64,000 nt of DNA, from the NCBI GenBank assembly GCA_009914755.4, contig CP086569.2, positions 192,001 to 256,000 on the forward strand, read 5' to 3'. A program made the position numbers and the translations under genes. Source of the DNA: the human T2T-CHM13v2.0 reference genome, Homo sapiens. The notes under the pieces are model-generated. The model saw only the letters and a list, made by a program, of their open reading frames with translations. It made no database searches and was not told where the DNA came from. Each line of letters begins with the position of its first letter. Positions within the stretch are counted from its first letter, which is position 1. Positions 50,337 to 64,000 of the stretch are shown piece by piece.

Positions 50337-51003
50337 TAAGTCCTCTTTGAGATAAACGGGAATGGTTCGTGTCTTGACAGTGAGCATTTGCAGTAGAAAT
50401 CACGCACACTCAGCAGAGGGCTGCACAAGGCCAGCCGTGCTCCACCTGCCCCCCTCAAAAATCGGCCTCCGCACCTGCTGCGGCCATTTCATTACATCTC
50501 AAAACAACGTCAACTTATTTAATAAATAGGAGAATTTTTAAATCAAGTCCCGAGGCAGGATGTATAAACTTTAGTATTGATTATGCGTCCCTAAAAGCGC
50601 TCTCAGTAAAGGGACTTTGCTTCCTTTTCCTCAGGTTCCTATGAAGTCGTTTAATCCGTCTAACTCTTATTTTATGTTGTTTTCCCCGTTTTTATTACTT
50701 TATATGACAGTACATCTTTGTAGCCACAAACTCAATAGCATAATTGTGTGTTTTTTTTTCCCTGAGACAACAATGTGCTTTTTGTTCGAGGAGGTAATAA
50801 TTCTTGACAAAATCTGTTTTAATGTCGTACCGAAAAAAAAAACAAACCCCACAAAACCCTTAACGGACATTTGTAGTCCCCATTGGATCTAAAACACTGT
50901 GATATTGTTTGTGTAATCTGCTTTTAAAGTCACCAAAAGTGCTTTGTTGTAAATACTCTGTGATAACATTTGCTTTGTTAACGTATTTTAAATGAAATAT
51001 AGT

Positions 51004-51060
51004 TATAATTTCCCTCATGACATTTTCATTTAAATTTAAATGTCATGAGGGAAATTATAA
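51004..51060. repeat. Perfect AT-rich inverted repeat: 22-bp arms (TTATAATTTCCCTCATGACATT) with 13-bp spacer
   Basis: Arms at 51004-51025 and 51039-51060 are exact reverse complements. Confidence 0.9.
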
Positions 51061-51289
51061 TTTAATTTAAAAAACGATTTAAATTTATTTAATAAATTTA
51101 ATTAATAAATAATAATATATAATAAATATATAATAATAAATAAATAATCAAATTTGTTTAAATTTAAATTTATTTAAATTTATTCATTTATTTATTTATG
51201 TATTCATTTAGATAGTTATTTAAATTTATTTAAATTTATTATTATTTATTTTTATTTTATTTCATTTTATTTATTTTATTTTATTTTAT

Positions 51290-51290
<1 letters not shown>
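51060..51290. repeat. AT-rich low-complexity tract, (AAATTTATTT)-like
   Basis: Reiterated TTAAATTTATTTA / TTTATTTTA motifs. Confidence 0.85.
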
Positions 51291-51788
<498 letters not shown>

Positions 51789-52439
51789 TGACGCGCATCG
51801 TGTAGATGGAAGAGAAATCAAACGGCACCGTCTGCCGGGGCGGGATTGCAGCCCGTTCCAATGTCTCATTTATTCCCCGGGTGCTGGGAGAGTCTCTGGG
51901 ATGACAAGACTGATGGTTCCTAACCCAGGCCGGGGCAACGCATGACTTTTGACGCCTCGGAGAAGCCCTTCCTTCCTGGACTGTATTCTGACAGGGAGTG
52001 CGTCTCACGCTTTACCCGACGGCGCCCAGAGCGACCTTCATCGCGGCCCACCGGCCAGGGCCGTCTTCTGGATCTTCAGCGGCTTGAGGAACTTTCTGTC
52101 CCCTTCTGGGTTGACTGAATTTTTATCGCGAAAAGGCACTGCCTTTGCTCAAATGCTTTTCCTGCATTTCTGCAAATGGTCATGTGAGTTTGGCCCCTTA
52201 GCCATGAATACGGTGCGTCACATTCACTGGTTTTCCAGAAAAGAGCTGTATAGAGAGAGAATTTACACAGCTGACAATGTGTCCGTTTAAACTCTTCCAA
52301 CCCGTGGCTTTCTGTATGCAGAGACTTGTGCCACCATCACCACAGTCTATTTTATTGCTTTACTTATATTTGTTTTTTTTTTTTTTTTTGAGACAGGGTC
52401 TCGCTCCTGTAGCCTTGGACTCTCAGGCTCAAGGGATCC

Positions 52440-54800
52440 TCCCTCCTCAGCTCCCCAAGTAGCCGGGCAACGTGGCTTCTCCCGAGTAGCTGGGTGACGC
52501 TGTTTCTCCAGAGTAGCTGGGTGACGCGGTTCCTCCCGAGTATCTGGGTGACGCGGCTTCTCCAGAGTTTCTGGGTGACGCGGCTTCTCCAGAGTAGCTG
52601 GAGGATGCTGTTTCTCCCGAGTAGCTGGGTGACGCTGTTTCTCCAGAGTAGCTGGGTGACGCGGTTTCTCCCGAGTATCTGGGTGAGGCGGCTTCTCCAG
52701 AGTTTCTGGGTGACGTGGCTTCTCCAGAGTAGCTGGAGGATGCTGTTTCTCCCGAGTAGCTGGGTGACGCCGTTTCTCCCGAGTAGCTGGGTGACGCTGT
52801 TTCTCCCGAGTAGCTGGGTGACGCTGTTTCTCCCGAGTAGCTGGGTGATGTTGTTTCTCCGGAGTAGCTGGTGACGCCGTTTCTCCCGAGTAGCTGGGTG
52901 ACGCCGTTTCTCCCGAGTAGCTGGGTGACGCTGTTTCTCCCGAGTAGCTGGGTGATGTTGTTTCTCCGGAGTAGCTGGTGACGCTGTTTCTCCGGAGTAG
53001 CTGGTGATGCCGTTTCTCCAGAGTAGCTGGTGATGCCGTTTCTCCCGAGTAGCTGGGTGATGCTGTTTCTCCAGAGTAGCTGGTGACGCTGTTTCTCCAG
53101 AGTAGCTGGTGACGCTGTTTCTCCCGAGTAGCTGGGTGAAGCCGTTTCTCCAGAGTAGCTGGTGACGCCGTTTCTCCCGAGTAGCTGGTGACGCCGTTTC
53201 TCCCGAGTAGCTGGTGACGCCGTTTCTCCCGAGTAGCTGGTGACGCCGTTTCTCCCGAGTAGCTGGTGACGCCGTTTCTCCAGAGTAGCTGAGTGACGCC
53301 GTTTCTCCCGAGTAGCTGGTGACGCCGTTTCTCCCGAGTAGCTGGTGACGCTGTTTCTCCCGAGTAGCTGAGTGACGCCGTTTCTCCCGAGTAGCTGGTG
53401 ACGCCGTTTCTCCCGAGTAGCTGGTGATGCTGTTTCTCCCGAGTAGCTGGTGATGCTGTTTCTCCCGAGTAGCTGGGTGACGCCGTTTCTCCCGAGTAGC
53501 TGAGTGACGCCGTTTCTCCCGAGTAGCTGAGTGACGCCGTTTCTCCCGAGTAGCTGGTGACGCCATTTCTCCTGAGTAGCTGAGTGACGCCGTTTCTCCC
53601 GAGTAGCTGGTGACGCCGTTTCTCCCGAGTAGCTGGTGACGCCGTTTCTCCCGAGTAGCTGGGTGACGCCGTTTCTCCCGAGTAGCTGGTGACGCCGTTT
53701 CTCCCGAGTAGCTGGTGACGCTGTTTCTCCAGAGTAGCTGGTGACGCTGTTTCTCCCGAGTAGCTGAGTGACGCCGTTTCTCCCGAGTAGCTGGTGACGC
53801 CGTTTCTCCCGAGTAGCTGGTGACGCCGTTTCTCCCGAGTAGCTGGTGACGCTGTTTCTCCAGAGTAGCTGGTGACGCCGTTTCTCCCGAGTAGCTGGGT
53901 GAAGCCGTTTCTCCAGAGTAGCTGGTGACGCCGTTTCTCCCGAGTAGCTGGTGACGCCGTTTCTCCCGAGTAGCTGGTGACGCCGTTTCTCCCGAGTAGC
54001 TGGTGACGCCGTTTCTCCCGAGTAGCTGGTGACGCCGTTTCTCCCGAGTAGCTGGTGACGCCGTTTCTCCAGAGTAGCTGAGTGACGCCGTTTCTCCAGA
54101 GTAGCTGGTGACGCCGTTTCTCCCGAGTAGCTGGTGACGCCGTTTCTCCCGAGTAGCTGGTGACGCCGTTTCTCCCGAGTAGCTGGTGACGCCGTTTCTC
54201 CCGAGTAGCTGGTGACGCCGTTTCTCCAGAGTAGCTGGTGACGCTGTTTCTCCAGAGTAGCTGGTGACGCCGTTTCTCCCGAGTAGCTGGGTGATGTTGT
54301 TTCTCCGGAGTAGCTGGTGACGCCGTTTCTCCCGAGTAGCTGGTGACGCCGTTTCTCCCGAGTAGCTGAGTGACGCCGTTTCTCCAGAGTAGCTGAGTGA
54401 CGCCGTTTCTCCCGAGTAGCTGAGTGACGCCGTTTCTCCCGAGTAGCTGGTGACGCCGTTTCTCCCGAGTAGCTGGTGACGCCGTTTCTCCCGAGTAGCT
54501 GGTGACGCCGTTTCTCCCGAGTAGCTGGTGACGCCGTTTCTCCAGAGTAGCTGGTGACGCCGTTTCTCCCGAGTAGCTGGGTGACGCCGTTTCTCCCGAG
54601 TAGCTGGTGACGCCGTTTCTCCGGAGTAGCTGGTGACGCCGTTTCTCCCGAGTAGCTGGGTGACGCGGCTTCTCCCGAGTAGCTGGGTGACGCGGCTTCT
54701 CCCGAGTAGCTGGGTGACGCGGTTTCTCCAGAGTAGCTGGGTGATGCGGTTTCTCCCGAGTAGCTGGGTGACGCGGTTTTTCCTGAGTAGCTGGGTGACA
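52440..54800. repeat. 26/27-bp minisatellite (GAGTAGCTGG(G)TGACGC(C/T)GTTTCTCC(C/A))n, about 90 copies, about 2.4 kb
   Basis: Strict 26/27-bp periodicity. The unit begins with the Alu-derived CCCGAGTAGCTGGG motif and the array starts inside an Alu-like fragment at about 52400. Stop-free, which yields 784-825 aa pseudo-ORFs. Confidence 0.95.
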
Positions 54801-54949
54801 TGGTTTGGCTATGTCCCCTCCCAAGGTTTACCTTGAACGGTTATCATCCCCACGTGTCAAGGGCAGGGCCAGGTGGAGAGAATTGAATCATAGGGTCAGT
54901 TTCCCCCAGACTGTTCTCGTGGTAGTGAATAGGTCTCATGAGATCTGAT

Positions 54950-55215
54950 TTTTTTTTTTTTTTTTTTTTTGAGACAGAGTCTCGCTCTTGTCACCCAGGC
55001 TGGAGTGCAATATCATGATCTCGGCTCACTGCAACCTCTGCCTCCCAAGTAGCTGGGATTACAAGCACCCGCCACCACACCTGGCTAATTTTTTGTATTT
55101 TTAATAGAAACGAGGTTTCACCATGTTGGCCACGTTGATCTCAAACTCCTCACCTCAGGTGATCTACCCTCCTCAGCCTCCCAAAGTGCTGGGATGACAG
55201 GCGTGAGCCACCGTG
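54950..55215 (-). mobile_element. Alu SINE
   Basis: (T)30 GAGACAGAGTCTCGCTCTTGTCACCCAGGCTGGAGTGCAATATCATGATCTCGGCTCACTGCAACC...GAGCCACCGTGCCCGGCC. Confidence 0.85.
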
Positions 55216-55433
55216 CCCGGCCAAGATCTGATGGTTTTATAAATGGGAGCACCCCTCTATACGCCCTTTTTTTGCCTGCCGCCATGTAAGATGTGACTTT
55301 GCTCCTTCTTCGTCTTCCGCCATGATTGTGAGGCCTCCCCAGCCATGCGGAAATGTGAGTCCATTAAACCTCTTTCCTTTATAAATTACCCCATCTTCGT
55401 TATGCCTTTATTAGCAGCCTGAGAACAGACTAG

Positions 55434-55945
<512 letters not shown>

Positions 55946-55965
55946 CTGGGGTGCAGCTAACTTGA

Positions 55966-56520
<555 letters not shown>

Positions 56521-56685
56521 TGACTGTGGGGTGCAAGGACCTGGTGGCCAGGTGGATCCCAGGCATTGCGATGGGCTCCACGGTGAGCTGTGGAAAAGAG
56601 CCTGGGTCCTGGATTTTATGTCTGGGAATCTGCTGACCACACTTGCCCAACTGCTTTACTCATAGTGGTAAAAGCAGCTACTTTT

Positions 56686-57120
<435 letters not shown>

Positions 57121-57170
57121 GAATGTTGTTGATGTCTGCCCCAAAGCAGCTTGCTTTAGTTATAGTGTTA

Positions 57171-57834
<664 letters not shown>

Positions 57835-57837
57835 TTA

Positions 57838-58175
57838 GCCAGCTGTGGTGGTGCACACCTATAGTCCCAGCTACTCAGGAGGCTGAGGCAGGAGAATGGG
57901 GTGAACCCGGGAGGCCGAGCTTGCAGTGAGCTGAGATGGCACCACTGCACTCCAGGCTGGGCGACAGAGCGAGACTCCGTCTCAAAAAAAAAAAACAAAC
58001 TTAAAAATTAGCCAGCTGTGGCGGTGCACACCTATAGTCCCAGCTACTCAGGAGGCTGAGGCAGGAGGATTGCCTGAGCCTAGGAGGTCGAGGCTGCAGT
58101 TAGCTGTGATCGCACCACTGCACTCCAGCCTGGGCAACAGACCAAAACCTCGTCTCCAAAAAAAAAGTAAATAAA
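57838..58175 (+). repeat. Two tandem copies of an Alu right arm (about 165-bp unit)
   Basis: CTTAAAAATTAGCCAGCTGTGG(T/C)GGTGCACACCTATAGTCCCAGCTACTCAGGAGGCTGAGGCAGGAG... begins at 57828 and again at 57997, each ending in an A-run. Confidence 0.85.
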
Positions 58176-58449
58176 TAAAGTTGCAATGACTCCCATTGCC
58201 GATTCAAAGAGCTTTTATGAATGTCTCAATATACTTGCCTAGCCTGTTTTTGGATTCAAACGCAAAGTTTTGTTCACCGTAGGTGGGAGATCAAGTTGGC
58301 AACAATAGTGTTCCAAGGTAATACACCCTGTATCTCAGAGAAATTGAAATATAACCATCTCAGAGGTTTTTTGTTTCTTTGGTTTTTTGAGACTGTCTCA
58401 AAGAAAAAAATTGAAACCCTGCTCCAGGGCTAGGAACCCACAAATTTGA

Positions 58450-58790
<341 letters not shown>

Positions 58791-58799
58791 ATTGTTTGT

Positions 58800-59095
58800 A
58801 GAGGCCAGGTGCAGTGGGTCTTGCCTGTAATCCCAGCACTTTGGGAGGCCGAGGCCGGTGGATTGCTTGAGCCCAGGAGTTCAAGACCAGCCTTGCCAGT
58901 ATGGCAAAACCTCATCTCTACTAAAAAAAAAAATACAAAAAAAAAATTAGCCAGGTGTGATGGTGTGTGCCTGTTATCCCAGCTACTCGGGAGAGTAAGG
59001 CAGGAGAATTGCTTGAACCTGGGAGGCGGACGTTGCAGTGAGCTGAGATCGTGGGTGACAGCGAAAGTCTGTCTCAAAAAGAAAAAAAAAAATCA
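58800..59095 (+). mobile_element. Alu SINE
   Basis: GAGGCCAGGTGCAGTGGGTCTTGCCTGTAATCCCAGCACTTTGGGAGGCCGAGGCCGGTGGATTGCTTGAGCCCAGGAGTTCAAGACCAGCC... Confidence 0.9.
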
Positions 59096-60096
59096 ATGGT
59101 TTGTGAAAATACAGCCGGTGACCATGGACCCCCCTAGGCACAGCCTCAAGCCACCCAGAAGAAGATGGAAAAGGATTTTCTTTTAAATCAGCGAGATTTA
59201 AATAAGCATGGCGAGCACAGCTGGGAGGCCCCGCCAGGAATTCCGAAGGTTGAAAGGGGCCCTGTCCGCTCCCCCATCCTGGAAATAGTGTCCATGGAGC
59301 TGCGGAGTCCGGGTGGGCGCCGGGGACGAGCTTTCAACAGCTCACCCGGCCCCAACATTCCGTCCACACATTCCACGGCCAAGACAGTCGCCCCCTGCCA
59401 GGGATTAACCGAGGGCCACGCTTAGTGGCAGGAATGCACGCGCCCGATTTAGACATCCCGCTTGGCATCGGCGGTCAGGGTGGCTTGCAAAGGCCCGGGG
59501 TGGGTGGATGCCGGAGACGCTGGAGCTCTGAGGTCTACAGGAGGAATTGCTTTTCCGATGGGCTGGTCAGGGAGGAAGGAAGCTGGGGAGAAGCCGGGAG
59601 TCCCAGCCTCCACAATGCCTGCCCTTCCAAGACGAGCCAGGCCCCCCGGACAGGATGGCAGCCCCCCTCCAGGCCAGCATGACTTCAGGCCTGGGGAATG
59701 TGCCACCTTCCGAATTAGAAGGGCACTGGTTCCCACCCGCGGGGAACCGTAACACAGCGTCTCCCTCCTTCCTCCAGGACCCACGGCTGAGCTCGGAGCT
59801 GCCCGAGAGCTCGGGATGTGGGGTGCAGAGCAGAGGAGAAACCTCCCCCGACCCCGGGTCCTTGGGGCATAGGGTCTTTTTCAGGGCCATCTGCGGAAAG
59901 AGGACCTGCGTCTTTACCACCCGGGGGCCCTTGTCTTTGCTGCTCAGCTGTGTTTAGGTCCCCGTTGCTGGGTGATACTGGGGAGACGTAAACAGACCTC
60001 GGTCAGCCGGGGCTGGGGCAGGAGCAGGTGCAGCTGGACTCCAGGGCAGGGGCCGACTGCTGTACACAGTCATGCTGAAAAGCATGTCAAAAATAA

Positions 60097-60459
<363 letters not shown>

Positions 60460-60467
60460 TAATATAT

Positions 60468-60751
<284 letters not shown>

Positions 60752-61289
60752 CTATTTTATTTTTATTTTTTGCAAGGAAGGAATGAAGGGATTTATTGAA
60801 AATGGAAGTACCCTCCACAGCGTGGGAGGAGACCGAGAAGAGGAGCTCAAAGACTAAAGGGACGGGCTTTTAAAGACATTTAATTAAAAGGAATTAAATT
60901 TCCCTTATGACATTTAGAAAAAAGTCAAGTCTAAATGGTACAAAACAGTCAGCTTGCTTTGTGCCTTGGCGGCCGCGTATGAAACATCATTAGAATAGAA
61001 CCGGAAGCATCTAGATTTTCACTTTTCACCCTGAAAGATGAAACAGAGATGAAAGCAGTCACCAATTTTCTCTAATTATTTTGCAATTAAGCGTCCGAGC
61101 ACCCCAGGTAGCGTGGACTCCCACAGCTCTTAAACCAAATACCTGACTTTCTGAAATTAATTATAAAAATGGATCAAGGGGTGGTTTTCACGTGGTGGCT
61201 GATGAATGCTTTCTGAGTCTTGTTTTCCTGTTTGTTTACCGTGGCACGTAAGACGTACAGAACATAAAATTCACCGTGTGAGCCATTTT

Positions 61290-61445
61290 TCGTTTGTTTG
61301 TTTTTGAGACGGAGTCTCGCTCTGTCACCCAGGCTGGAGTGCAGTGGTGTGATCTCGGCTCACTGCAACCTCCGCCTCCTGGTTCAAGCGATTCTCCTGC
61401 CTCAGCCTCTTGAGGAGCTGGGACTACAGACATACACCATCACAC
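61290..61445 (-). mobile_element. Partial Alu
   Basis: TTTGTTTGTTTTTGAGACGGAGTCTCGCTCTGTCACCCAGGCTGGAGTGCAGTGGTGTGATCTCGGCTCACTGCAACC... Confidence 0.85.
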
Positions 61446-61459
61446 CTGGCTAATATTTA

Positions 61460-62170
<711 letters not shown>

Positions 62171-62383
62171 TCTTGAACACCTGGGCTTGATGTATCTGCC
62201 CGCCCAAATCCCGCCTTTCATTTACACTGCCCCCACCCCTGCCCACCCCAGGGAAGGTCTTTATTCTTAAATCTGCCTTTCTGACCTCTCTTCCCAAATG
62301 TGTGTATTTCTAACAGATCTCCGAGTCCAGATCACGCACACCGTTTTCCATAATCCAGGGATTTGGAGCCGCCGGAGGGGTGA

Positions 62384-63310
<927 letters not shown>

Positions 63311-63535
63311 TGAGCTGTCCAGGAGGCTGACAGGGAGGACGTCCCTTCGGTATCCCCCTTTTGCCACAGAAGAGCCCGTGTGGACCCCTGAGTCCCGGAC
63401 CACCGGGCAGCCAAGGCCATCTTGGGGTCTCCGGATTGAGACCCCAAGAGAGGGTTCCTGGATCTCGTGCAAGAAAGAATTCACGGCAAGTTTGCAGTGC
63501 AAAATAAAAGCAAGTTTATTTAGAAAGTAAAATGG

Positions 63536-63924
<389 letters not shown>

Positions 63925-63943
63925 TCAGTATTATAGTTATTAT

Positions 63944-64000
63944 TTTTTGAGATGGAGTCTCGCTCTGTCGCCCAGGCTGGAGTGCGGTGGCGCGATCTCG
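63944..64000 (-). mobile_element. Alu SINE, truncated by the window end
   Basis: TTTTTTGAGATGGAGTCTCGCTCTGTCGCCCAGGCTGGAGTGCGGTGGCGCGATCTCG. Confidence 0.85.

Noticed and set aside
52347-54824. Minus-strand ORFs of 825, 784 and 400 aa (..SYSGETASPATREKRRHQLLGRNGVT.. repeats)
   Set aside because: Translation of the stop-free 26/27-bp minisatellite. Periodic low-complexity, overlapping frames.

Overview
This window is primate (human-type) nuclear DNA, not a prokaryotic locus. It contains full-length Alu SINEs of both orientations about every 300-600 bp, an old L1 ORF2 fragment, CpG islands and GC-rich minisatellites. These are hallmarks of the pseudoautosomal region 1 (Xp22.33/Yp11.3).

The only protein-coding signal I can support is the 5' end of PPP2R3B, the PP2A B'' regulatory subunit beta, on the minus strand:
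- A first coding exon, MPPGKVLQPVLKMKVDELFLYWLSE... (32266-32589), sits inside a CpG island.
- An alternative first coding exon, MRLRERSLRQDPDLRQELASLARGCDFVLPSRFKKRLKAFQQ (19371-19496), has its own CpG island and resembles the PR72/PR48 N-terminus.
- Both splice in frame to a shared exon, VQTRKEE...IPTFYFPRGRP...MGLVAK (4337-4522).

Intron 1 is about 27.7 kb, and roughly a third of it is tandem repeats:
- A 4.4-kb array of a 29-bp minisatellite (about 150 copies) that is stop-free in all six frames.
- A 37-bp minisatellite.
- A 57/61-bp minisatellite.
- A 48-bp x7 repeat.
- TG-rich complex repeats.
- A 165-bp x9 array built from an Alu right arm.

Upstream of the gene (33.8-64 kb) the sequence is more than half Alu. 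It also contains:
- A 2.4-kb array of a 26/27-bp minisatellite seeded from an Alu segment.
- Several independent tandem arrays of Alu half-elements.
- An AT-rich perfect palindrome.

Almost all long ORFs in the six-frame track are translation artifacts of stop-free repeat units. I find no evidence of a bacterial or defence-system-like gene cluster. The gene identification rests on recalled protein sequences and canonical splice signals. It should be confirmed by alignment to GRCh38 and UniProt.
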